Origin: a virus
Lineage: Duplodnaviria; Caudoviricetes
Virus record (IMG/VR): IMGVR_UViG_3300028588_000015
Coordinates: 96,001 to 160,000 of that record
Length of the DNA: 64,000 bases
Reading direction: 5' to 3' (one strand)
The translations under genes and the position numbers were made by a program. Shown here one piece after another: positions 1 through 8,146 of this stretch; positions within the stretch are counted from its first letter, which is position 1, and each line of letters begins with the position of its first letter. A model generated the notes under the pieces. The model was not told the origin of the DNA, made no database searches, and saw only the letters and a list, made by a program, of their open reading frames with translations.

Positions 1-118
1 CACTCCAAAAATCAAAGGCAGTCACCTGTCGCTGGTAAAATAGTTTCTGTTGTAAAAAATTAAATGTTCAAGAACTTGTATGAAAGTCCCTATTAACCAC
101 AACAACTAAGGATGTCCT

Positions 119-703
119 ATGCAATTCGCTATCGCTCGTCGTAACCGCAACATTGCAGTGGTACTTTATTTCGTATCGTTGGCGGCCCTGTTGTTCGCCA
201 GCTATCAGGACCGGTCGATGTCGCACAATGTGGAGATCGCTCTCGTCGGCCACATCGCGGCGGTTATCCTCTTGATTGCGGCCATACGCATGCACGCTAT
301 CGGTGAAGCGACCGAAGCTGGTCAGAACATCATCGCGTACACTTTCGGTGAACAAAACGAGGTGCGCATCCTCGTAGGCACTGCCTGCGGCTTCATCAAC
401 CGTTTCCAAGGCGCAGCCGAGGAAAGCGTACAGTACTTGGCGATGAAAGGGCGTGATGGCTTGATCTACGCCGCAGGCAGTGCCCTGCTGCACGAGCATA
501 TGCGCCAATATGTCAATGGCTTGAACCCGGGTCCGATCCGCAGCTACGGGTGGCTGACCAACACCGGACGATACATCGACAACGGCACCGCATGGGAACT
601 TGCAGTGGACGCCGGTCAATTGCAAGGTACAAACGGTGACGCCGAAGGCGTGCTCTCGCCATTGCATCTCTGGCCCCAACTCTATCAACAAAAGACTGCA
701 TAA
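119..703 (+). CDS. Hypothetical membrane protein (2 N-terminal TM segments)
   Basis: 194-aa ORF; two hydrophobic stretches in first 60 aa; C-terminal GWLTNTGRYID motif. Confidence 0.75.
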   Translation: MQFAIARRNRNIAVVLYFVSLAALLFASYQDRSMSHNVEIALVGHIAAVILLIAAIRMHAIGEATEAGQNIIAYTFGEQNEVRILVGTACGFINRFQGAAEESVQYLAMKGRDGLIYAAGSALLHEHMRQYVNGLNPGPIRSYGWLTNTGRYIDNGTAWELAVDAGQLQGTNGDAEGVLSPLHLWPQLYQQKTA

Positions 704-706
704 ACT

Positions 707-826
707 ATGTACTACCCTGCTGTTAGACTCATTCTGGTTTTCCTGTTGGCAACGCTTTGTGCGTGGTTCTATCACGAATATGCACAAGAAGAAGGCACTA
801 ACAGGGGCCGTTTGGTGCAGCGATAA
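707..826 (+). CDS. Small membrane peptide (39 aa), absent from ORF track
   Basis: MYYPAVRLILVFLLATLCAWFYHEYAQEEGTNRGRLVQR fills the gap between the upstream gene and the terminator. Confidence 0.5.
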   Translation: MYYPAVRLILVFLLATLCAWFYHEYAQEEGTNRGRLVQR

Positions 827-828
827 CG

Positions 829-854
829 GCCACCCTTCGGGGTGGCTTTTATGC
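829..854 (+). terminator. Intrinsic terminator with TTTATGC tail
   Basis: GCCACCC-TTCG-GGGTGGC then TTTTATGC. Confidence 0.85.
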
Positions 855-912
855 TGCATTTTTTACTAGGTTGCTACACTTCTATGTGCACCTTTATCCA
901 CTAGGAACTATC

Positions 913-1488
913 ATGCAAAATCAAGCCAGCATCACCATCGAAACCGACGAGTTCAAATTTGACATGGACGACCGTGCATTCTACGAGAAGCACATCTTTT
1001 CGCGCTATGCGCCGGCCTTCGCCAAGGCAGCCAAACTGATGCGGGAGACGATCGAGGTCGCCGAGATGCAACCGAAGTTCAGCGTGCAGGCCGCGCTGGC
1101 TGCAAACAAGGAAGGTGTCGGGGAAAACTACACTGTGTACTTCAAGCGCGATATGCCAGCCACTGCGCTCTTGTCTGTCGGCATCCAGCAAACCGGCGAT
1201 TCCTCTGACGACGGTGAAGTCTATCTGTCGAAAGAGAATGCACTGGCCAAGTTCGATGAATTCGTTGTAAAACACCACGGCATGGCACTGGTCTCGCAAG
1301 ACGGTATCGACAGCGTCGAGTTTGTTTCGCTGGCGCACAAGGTGCGGGTGTTCATGCGCCTGATCGATGAACGCAGCTGCATGATCGCGTGCGCGGTCGA
1401 CCTCGATGAAAATGAACCCTCGGTCACGGTGAGTTTCGATTTCGAGGAACCAGGCGCGCTCATCGTGTTTACCCTCTACGCTCGTTAA
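913..1488 (+). CDS. Hypothetical protein
   Basis: ATG at 913 after AGGA RBS; followed by terminator. Confidence 0.75.
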   Translation: MQNQASITIETDEFKFDMDDRAFYEKHIFSRYAPAFAKAAKLMRETIEVAEMQPKFSVQAALAANKEGVGENYTVYFKRDMPATALLSVGIQQTGDSSDDGEVYLSKENALAKFDEFVVKHHGMALVSQDGIDSVEFVSLAHKVRVFMRLIDERSCMIACAVDLDENEPSVTVSFDFEEPGALIVFTLYAR

Positions 1489-1496
1489 GGCAACTG

Positions 1497-1523
1497 CCCC
1501 GCCTTCGGGTGGGGTTTTTATGC
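1497..1523 (+). terminator. Intrinsic terminator with TTTATGC tail
   Basis: CCCCGCC-TTCG-GGTGGGG then TTTTTATGC. Confidence 0.85.
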
Positions 1524-1579
1524 TTGGTTTTTTACTGAGGTAGCACTGGGTATAGACATTTACCACAGGAACTTTCGCG

Positions 1580-2806
1580 ATGAGTCATAAAAAACCAAGT
1601 GCTGAGCAATACCGTCAACTCGCCGGTGAGATTTATAAAGAAGCATCAACGGTCAATAACTTGGCACAGGTAATGTCGACCAAGTTCTCCCAAGCACTGC
1701 TGATGATCGCCACCAATTTGCCGGTAGAAGGGCGCCAGGCGTTGATGGCCTTACACGAAGAGTTCCTGATCGAGATGGACCCGTTCCGTGCGCACGAACG
1801 CTTGTCTTTCGACGAAGCTTTCTCGGGTCACGGCACGCTTGCCAGTTATCTGCGTGAAAAGACCGATCTGAGTAAGATCGCCCCGCTCTATCCCGAGCAT
1901 AACGGGGAAACTATCCTCGATGCAATCCGCGCCGATTTGGTCGATTTCGATTACGGCCTGTATCAGGACGAGAAAGAAATTGAAGAGTTCAAAGCATTCT
2001 TGTCGGATTTGCATAAGAACGCACATGAAATCATGCCGCCGTTTTTCAATAAGTGCGATGACTTCCGTGGGTTTCTGGGTGTATGCAATCAGGAAAAGAT
2101 GGTCAATATTGAAAAGGAATACGCATCGGGTTTTTATGAGGACACCGCGCGACCATGCCATCTCGATGGTTCGTTCCCTTGGATTCTCTTCATCAAGAAG
2201 ACCTTCTTCCCGCGAAGTAAACATGCGGTCCATGCAGTACTCCTCTTGCGGCAAGGTTGGGCGCCGCAAGTGCTTATCCAACACCCGTTGGAAGATTGCT
2301 GGTATGAATGGGATCAGTGTCATTTGATTCCGGGCATGACGGAAGCACTGCTGCGTGAATACACCTTCATCAGTATTCCGCTGATGAGCACTTCCGAACG
2401 GGGTTGGGATTTCGAAGCCTTATTGGCCCAGATCAAGAAAGACAATGGCGCCCGCCTACGCCAGCACGCTGTTTTACCGAAATCGCAGATCATGTTTCAA
2501 CGCGCTGCGGACAAACCGAAGCCGGTGTTTGGCGACTTTATGTTTGTCGACGGCAGCGCGCGACTGACTGTTACCGCAGGTAACGTCTGCCTTGTTATTT
2601 ACTGCTCCGAAGTCAATGGGCAGTGGGGAGAGGAAATTCGTTTTATCCGCCCGCAAAATCCGAACTGCCTTATCAGTATCCCCGTGGACTTGAAGGACAT
2701 CCCACTTCAACAGCAGCGCGTCTTGGTCCAACGCGCGTTCCACGCCATCGAGCGCAAGAACCAGCTGATTATCCAACACCAACAGAAAGAAAAGGAATCC
2801 ACATGA
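1580..2806 (+). CDS. Hypothetical protein (408 aa)
   Basis: Long ORF with AGGA RBS; ATGA overlap with next gene. Confidence 0.8.
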   Translation: MSHKKPSAEQYRQLAGEIYKEASTVNNLAQVMSTKFSQALLMIATNLPVEGRQALMALHEEFLIEMDPFRAHERLSFDEAFSGHGTLASYLREKTDLSKIAPLYPEHNGETILDAIRADLVDFDYGLYQDEKEIEEFKAFLSDLHKNAHEIMPPFFNKCDDFRGFLGVCNQEKMVNIEKEYASGFYEDTARPCHLDGSFPWILFIKKTFFPRSKHAVHAVLLLRQGWAPQVLIQHPLEDCWYEWDQCHLIPGMTEALLREYTFISIPLMSTSERGWDFEALLAQIKKDNGARLRQHAVLPKSQIMFQRAADKPKPVFGDFMFVDGSARLTVTAGNVCLVIYCSEVNGQWGEEIRFIRPQNPNCLISIPVDLKDIPLQQQRVLVQRAFHAIERKNQLIIQHQQKEKEST

Positions 2807-4263
2807 AAGTTAACTACGATATCAATAAGAAGCACCCGCAATCCATCCTGGGCTTTTTCAGCCAGTACTTCGAAGGCCGTTTTCATAACGGCTTGACCGA
2901 GTACCCGTACGAGCGGTTCTTGGAAGAGGTGTATCCCTACCATCTCACGGCCGAGCGCAACATGCTGGAAAACTGGGATGGCGTGCGTCAAGCGCTGCCC
3001 TGCGTAGCGATCCGACAGAAACGTCCGAACGGCGAAACGCAGTACTGGGGTTTCCGCCGCACTGACAAGGTCGGCGAGGCCCGCATCGCCGGCATGGTGG
3101 CCTGCTTCTGGGGTGGTCACGTCGATGCTGTCGACGTATCGTTTAACGACAAGTCGGTTCTCGCGCTGGATCTTACGCTCAAGGTTGGCCGTGACCGTGA
3201 ACAAGGTGAAGAATACCGCATCTTCCGTGAAGCCTCGCCCTTCGAGAAAGACTGGTCGATCAAGCTACCACTGACGCCAGCCAACCAATTCATCGCCAAC
3301 AGTACGGTTGAAGTCGATCGGCACCACGTGGCAATCATCTATACGGTCGACCTGCCGGAAGACCACGCGGTCGAAGTGCGCGAAGACGAACTGGAAGACG
3401 TGCCGCCGATGACGGCGCAAGAAGCTCTCGACGCGCACGAAGCCGGCCAGTTCGAACTGGAAAGCTGGGCGCTGATCTACTTCCGCCACGTGCGTGCCAA
3501 GGAACTGCTCGACTCTGGCGCCGTAGTCGCTATCGACCCCGTACCCGAGCGGCTGGCGGACGTTTCTCTGACCCCTTACAAGCGTAGTATCGCCGGCATC
3601 GTGAAAGACGGCGAGATCAGCGAGGCCGATAAAGCGCAGGGCTACAGCTGGCCTGTCAAAATCCAATTCGGCCAAGCTACCGACTGGGACCATGGCCCGT
3701 TGTACGACGCTTACGTAGCGCGCCGTGGCAAGAACTGGGACGAGTTTAAGCGCAAGGTGATCCTGATGTTCGGCATCGAAGGCAGCAAGAAAGTCTGGGA
3801 AACACCGGAAGACACGAATGCAACGGCACTCTTTCCGGCCGAGGCAGAAGCGTACCGAATGCTGTTCCGCTCGGCGGGTGTTGAACACACAGTCGGTCAG
3901 ATGCTGACGGTACTTGACCTCTTGGCGATGGACACGGTCAAAGCAATGACCCTCATCCATGTGCAGTTCGACGCCGACATGAATATCGTCGATGGCCCGT
4001 ACAAGCTCGTCAACGGCGAAAAGGTGCCCCATAAGTCGGTCGCTCTCGAAAGACCGCCGCAGGTGGTCCATGAAGAAGGTGGTGACGAGGATCTGGCAGC
4101 ACATACCCGCCAAGCGGCCGAAGCATGGTTCAGCGGCATCGATCATCCAGACATCGTTGAAATCCGCGAAGCCGTGATCGCCAAAATCTTGGAAAAGCAG
4201 CGGCTACAAGAATCCAAACCGGACGCATGGGATAACTTCAAGCCCAGCAAGTCAGTCGAATAA
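2803..4263 (+). CDS. Nudix-like hydrolase domain (N-terminal) fused to unknown C-terminal region
   Basis: RQALPCV..., GEARI, FWGGHVD and REQGEE motifs resemble COG4112-type Nudix proteins; start at 2803 after AAGGA. Confidence 0.55.
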   Translation: MKVNYDINKKHPQSILGFFSQYFEGRFHNGLTEYPYERFLEEVYPYHLTAERNMLENWDGVRQALPCVAIRQKRPNGETQYWGFRRTDKVGEARIAGMVACFWGGHVDAVDVSFNDKSVLALDLTLKVGRDREQGEEYRIFREASPFEKDWSIKLPLTPANQFIANSTVEVDRHHVAIIYTVDLPEDHAVEVREDELEDVPPMTAQEALDAHEAGQFELESWALIYFRHVRAKELLDSGAVVAIDPVPERLADVSLTPYKRSIAGIVKDGEISEADKAQGYSWPVKIQFGQATDWDHGPLYDAYVARRGKNWDEFKRKVILMFGIEGSKKVWETPEDTNATALFPAEAEAYRMLFRSAGVEHTVGQMLTVLDLLAMDTVKAMTLIHVQFDADMNIVDGPYKLVNGEKVPHKSVALERPPQVVHEEGGDEDLAAHTRQAAEAWFSGIDHPDIVEIREAVIAKILEKQRLQESKPDAWDNFKPSKSVE

Positions 4264-4268
4264 ACTAT

Positions 4269-4298
4269 CGGCATAAAACCGCTACCTTCGGGTAGCGG
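4269..4298. terminator. Terminator hairpin; GGCATAAA (TTTATGCC on - strand) on its left side
   Basis: CCGCTACC-TTCG-GGTAGCGG preceded by CGGCATAAAA. Confidence 0.65.
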
Positions 4299-4321
4299 GT
4301 ATTGACTAGGAAAAAATAAGA

Positions 4322-5080
4322 ATGGAAAAGAAGAAGGTTCCTTTGCTGTTGTTCTCGGGCGGTCTCGATTCGTCCTACATGTTGCAAACGTATCTGGAAA
4401 AGGGTGACGTTGAAACACTTTACGTCAAAGGAGCACAGCATCCAGACAAAGTCACGCTCGAATTGCGGGCTCGCACGCGCATCATTGCCGAACTGGAAAA
4501 GAAGACCGGCAATAGGGTTCTCAAGGACCGTGTCGTTAATCTCCACGATTTGTTCGAAGGCGACATGCCTGACCGTGCTTTTGTTCAACCCATCACCTGG
4601 ATCACCGGTGCGCTCCAAGTATCGAACGGAGAGAAGCATGCTCACCTTGCTATTGGCTATGTCAGTGGCGACCAAGTTTCTTCCGAAATTCCGTTCATAC
4701 ACGCTGCATGGGAAAACATACAGCACTTCACGAAGCAAAATACTATCCCGGTTGAGTTTCCATTGAAGGTCACCACCAAGCTGATGATCCTCGATAACAT
4801 CTGGCCTGAAGTGGTTCAGCACGTCTGGGTCTGTGAAATGCCCGAGCGGCGCGGTGACCGTATCGACGGCGTGGGTAGTAAAAAAAGACCAAAATCATGC
4901 GAATGGTGCGCAGCATGTCTTACACAGGCTGGCACCTTGGCGATGTGGAAACAGAAACACGGTGAGCCATACAGCCATAGATTCATCGCGCGGCTGCGTT
5001 GCAATAAGTTAAGAGAAGAAGATGCGTTAAAACGAGTACTACTGAAAGAAACTATCCCTCCAAGAGAAAATTCAAGATGA
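4322..5080 (+). CDS. queC: QueC-like PP-loop ATPase (7-cyano-7-deazaguanine synthase family)
   Basis: LLLFSGGLDS PP-loop near N-terminus; C-terminal WVCE...CEWCAAC Zn-binding cysteines. Confidence 0.75.
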   Translation: MEKKKVPLLLFSGGLDSSYMLQTYLEKGDVETLYVKGAQHPDKVTLELRARTRIIAELEKKTGNRVLKDRVVNLHDLFEGDMPDRAFVQPITWITGALQVSNGEKHAHLAIGYVSGDQVSSEIPFIHAAWENIQHFTKQNTIPVEFPLKVTTKLMILDNIWPEVVQHVWVCEMPERRGDRIDGVGSKKRPKSCEWCAACLTQAGTLAMWKQKHGEPYSHRFIARLRCNKLREEDALKRVLLKETIPPRENSR

Positions 5081-5403
5081 AAATCAAACGTTTCGATATC
5101 CCTATCAAAATCTTCGTCACCCGTTTCTTCACGCCCTATCCCAAGAAAACAGTCGAACGTGAGCGCTCGACCGTCGAGACCCGAGAAGGTCGAATACGGG
5201 CACCGAAAGACATCGAAGACGAACTGATCAAGCTCCTCGCCGACGCCAAGGCATCCAATCTCGTGATTACGGTGACCCAACAGTCCGTGTTCCCGCCGGC
5301 GATGGGCCGCATCCAAGATCACATCGTGATTCGCGAGTCATATGAAGTTGCGCGCATGATCATGGAGCGCAAAGACTTCAACCAAGACAAGGAACAAGAG
5401 TGA
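5077..5403 (+). CDS. Hypothetical protein
   Basis: 108-aa ORF, ATGA-coupled to the queC-like gene. Confidence 0.7.
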   Translation: MKIKRFDIPIKIFVTRFFTPYPKKTVERERSTVETREGRIRAPKDIEDELIKLLADAKASNLVITVTQQSVFPPAMGRIQDHIVIRESYEVARMIMERKDFNQDKEQE

Positions 5404-5404
5404 T

Positions 5405-5818
5405 ATGGACGATTCCTTGATTGTGCGTGAAATCTTCGCCCACCGCGTCGACGATCACGTGTCGCCGCTCAAGATCGAGTGCCTTGGGGTTGCGGCACAG
5501 GGCGGCGCACAGAACTATTACCGGATCACCGGTTTTAATTACGCAGCCGACGGCAAAACGGTCAATGCCCTGCCAATCTCTTTTCAGATTGGCAACCCCG
5601 AGGTGTTGGGCGTCAACGGTGTGACCATGGAAGCACTGCTGGCGGTGGTCATTGACCGCCTGTCAGGATTGCAAAAAGGGATGTACCCGTGTAGCGAAAA
5701 CAATATGGCTTTGGGGCATCTCGAAGCCAGCATGACTTACCTGCACGCACGGTCGCGCCGTATTCAACAGACGCTGTTTGAAATTGAAGCCATGCCTGAA
5801 CTGCCAGAAAAGAATTGA
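5405..5818 (+). CDS. tad1: Tad1-like anti-defence signal-sponge protein
   Basis: GGAQNYYRI, ISFQIG, GVTMEALLAVVIDRLSGLQKGMYPCSENNMALGHLEASMTYLHAR align by eye with Tad1 ([60 protein letters not shown], recalled). Confidence 0.8.
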   Translation: MDDSLIVREIFAHRVDDHVSPLKIECLGVAAQGGAQNYYRITGFNYAADGKTVNALPISFQIGNPEVLGVNGVTMEALLAVVIDRLSGLQKGMYPCSENNMALGHLEASMTYLHARSRRIQQTLFEIEAMPELPEKN

Positions 5819-5924
5819 TGTAAATTATTACATTAATTTCCCTATGGTATGTTTAGTACTGGGTAACTCATTTTCCCCAACCTGAATAAAGGGTAACCGA
5901 TGAACAAACTCGAATAACCAAAAA

Positions 5925-6570
5925 CTATCTGATGATCCGTGAAAACCGGAGCCACGTGCTGAGCACTGTGCGAGGTGTCACCGTATCCAGCGGTGTGGTA
6001 CGTGGTTGGGATAATACCCCATGAAACCCGAGGGCTCCAGAAGTTGTTCTGGGATTGCTTCTGCCGGTTGACAGACCCTTCACGGAGTCTAACAACTGAG
6101 TGTGTGTGCCTCTGGTCATAGAACGTGACGTTTTTGGGTTACGGTACGTCGCATTTTCCTTTCCTAGGAAAAGATACCATGCAAGCTTCCAACTTGTGAA
6201 AACCGTACGGCCAAACTTTCTGGGTGGAACCAGTCATGTTTGGCAAGTTGTCCACATTCCCGTGGCGGCCCTCCCTTGGGCAGCGGACAGCGGGAAAGAG
6301 CATATTACCCCGGCCCGTGTGGAGTGTGGGTGGTTGGTGCCGCGGCCTGCGGCCAGTGCTCTGTGTGCAGCCTGTAACACCTTTCTCGTGTTGGCTGAAA
6401 ACAGCCGGCCTCTTTGGAACCCGCCAAAGATGATTCGCTCGATATTGGGATACCGACGGGATGTCGGGGTCGGGGGAATGCGTGTGAGGGTGTTACGGGA
6501 TGTACAGTGTTTTCATGGATCGTGATAGGGATGTCCGATCTTGACAGTCACCCTTCGGGGTGACTTTTTT
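5925..6570 (+). ncRNA. Candidate large highly structured ncRNA (~600-650 nt), family unassigned
   Basis: No credible CDS; 13-bp closing helix 5934-5946 with 6509-6521 (one G-U), extended by CTATC/GATAG; more than 10 internal hairpins; 3' UUCG intrinsic terminator. Confidence 0.75.
6546..6570 (+). terminator. Intrinsic terminator ending the candidate ncRNA
   Basis: AGTCACCC-TTCG-GGGTGACT then TTTTT. Confidence 0.9.
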
Positions 6571-6594
6571 CCGACTACTAAAGAAAACGATACC

Positions 6595-7146
6595 ATGAAA
6601 CATTTACGATTGGCATTGGAGCATAACTCACCATTAGCTAACATGGAAGAGGTGAGGGCGGAACCAGAAGGAAATATGTGGTTTCGACACACCTCGCCGT
6701 ATGCGCTGGCTGAATTGAAACCGTTGAGTTACGATGAATTGGAAAAGGTTCGGCCCGATTACGATGTTGAGGCACGTAAAAGGACAGAAAAGAAATACCA
6801 TCGCTTGGCACACACGAATCCCGACACGAGTTTTCTTTACGCCACGATGGTGGGATTTCATCAGATGGAAGATGTGCTGTCTTACCCAGGTTACACATAT
6901 TTCTTCAAACTGGAACTATGGCAATTGCCCGAATGTATCTTTGATGTCGTCGATCAAAAGAAGTGGATGGAGCCGACCAAAGGTATTGCTGGATACACGC
7001 TGGCACGAGACATTTGGACGCGGCATCGGCGAGAATTTAAACCGTACGAGGAAGAAGGTCTCGGCACTATTGAACCACGTATCGAGCTTATCATTCCGTA
7101 TTCGGTAAAACCCAAACTCTATGTCCCGCAAGAAGAAGACCGTTAG
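6595..7146 (+). CDS. Hypothetical protein with N-terminal LRLALE motif (possible head-packaged protein, possible ART-like fold)
   Basis: MKHLRLALEH start; FRHTS...FLYAT...RIELII pattern; start at 6595 rather than 6541 (which lies in the terminator). Confidence 0.7.
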   Translation: MKHLRLALEHNSPLANMEEVRAEPEGNMWFRHTSPYALAELKPLSYDELEKVRPDYDVEARKRTEKKYHRLAHTNPDTSFLYATMVGFHQMEDVLSYPGYTYFFKLELWQLPECIFDVVDQKKWMEPTKGIAGYTLARDIWTRHRREFKPYEEEGLGTIEPRIELIIPYSVKPKLYVPQEEDR

Positions 7147-7151
7147 AAGGC

Positions 7152-7182
7152 AGAGGGAGGCTAACGCCTCTCTTTATGCCGG
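7152..7182 (+). terminator. Terminator with TTTATGCC tail
   Basis: AGAGGGAGGC-TAAC-GCCTCTCT then TTATGCCGG. Confidence 0.75.
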
Positions 7183-7235
7183 ATTGTGAAAAATACCGAG
7201 GCAAGATATTTCATAGTGAACACAGGGAGAAACAG

Positions 7236-7661
7236 ATGTGGCCGTCAGTCATCGTACTCGATACGCAGCGTATCATGAAAGCGTTTCGCGAACACGCGGA
7301 GCAGTCCGGTAAACCACTCGATTTTCCAGATGAAATGGTACGTGAGATTGTGGTCTGTCTTCGTCATGCAAGACGCGCGACGCTGCGCCTGGACCAACTC
7401 ATGTGGTGTATCTTGAGTAACGAATTCGAGCACCATTACGCAGCGTACGCGGATTCCACCGTATTGGTATTTATTGAAGAACTGGGCAATGTACTAATGG
7501 ATAGCATTATCCGACATAATCTCTACGACCAATACGGCACGCTGCACTATCGTTATCTAGAACCCCGAGTGGTTGATTTTAACTGTATCATTTTAAAGAG
7601 GAGTGAAAATGTTGGTAGCGACGACCCCCTCCCCAGCCCAACCCCCCGTTATCATTTTTGA
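7236..7661 (+). CDS. Paralog family A member (P-x-V/I-x-x-L-D N-terminus)
   Basis: MWPSVIVLD... and C-terminal LYDQYGTLHY...CIILK; GGGAG RBS. Confidence 0.7.
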   Translation: MWPSVIVLDTQRIMKAFREHAEQSGKPLDFPDEMVREIVVCLRHARRATLRLDQLMWCILSNEFEHHYAAYADSTVLVFIEELGNVLMDSIIRHNLYDQYGTLHYRYLEPRVVDFNCIILKRSENVGSDDPLPSPTPRYHF

Positions 7662-8016
7662 TATCAGTGAAGTGATGTGGGAGTACCGAGACTGCTTTGG
7701 TCCAGAGAGCGATGCAGGCATCGATATGGAGTATCTCTTCAATGATATTTTGCAAGCATTGAAAGTTCACCAGTATCACCCCAATGTACTCTTTATCTTG
7801 GCGAAGGCAGTGATTGCCAATAGCCGCGAGTACTTGCCTGTCGAAGAAAAAAGAATTGAAGAAGCCATCTTACAGTTGGGTGAGGTGATTCACAAGAAGT
7901 TACAGAGCAGCGGCTTTTACATCAACCAACAACACCCGTACCATTTACATCGTCTTTTCATGAACAACAGTTTGGTGCTTGCTCATGAAGGGTATTCGGA
8001 CTACGTGGAATTCTAA
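7609..8016 (+). CDS. Paralog family A member
   Basis: PPVIIFDI..., C-terminal HPYHLH...NSLVLAH; GAGGAG RBS. Confidence 0.7.
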   Translation: MLVATTPSPAQPPVIIFDISEVMWEYRDCFGPESDAGIDMEYLFNDILQALKVHQYHPNVLFILAKAVIANSREYLPVEEKRIEEAILQLGEVIHKKLQSSGFYINQQHPYHLHRLFMNNSLVLAHEGYSDYVEF

Positions 8017-8074
8017 TCGATGGGCCTTCAGGCTCATCTTTTTTTTTTGTCTGTTCAAGAACCATTAGAATTAA

Positions 8075-8091
8075 TTACAGCAACATATTAC
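8075..8091 (+). promoter_or_regulatory. Putative phage promoter motif copy
   Basis: TTACAGCAACATATTAC between a terminator and the next gene. Confidence 0.5.
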
Positions 8092-8146
8092 AAAGGGAGC
8101 ACAAGTGAATGTGACTCTTAACTAACTTGAAGAAAGAGGAAAGAAC

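Noticed and set aside
5949-6007. GAGCC...GGTT stem resembling group II intron domain V
   Set aside because: Too long and branched, no catalytic triad/bulge geometry, no domain VI, no interrupted gene or RT nearby
6020-6040. GAAACCCGAGGGCTCCA resembles the RNase P RNA 5' P4 strand (GAAAGUCCGGGCUCC)
   Set aside because: No matching 3' ACAxAACCCGGCUUA element; the similarity is short
6100-6525. 141-aa + strand ORF (also 6224-6433 + and 5925-6119 -) inside the candidate ncRNA
   Set aside because: No RBS, GTG start, composition unlike neighbouring genes, and the sequence is explained by dense base-pairing
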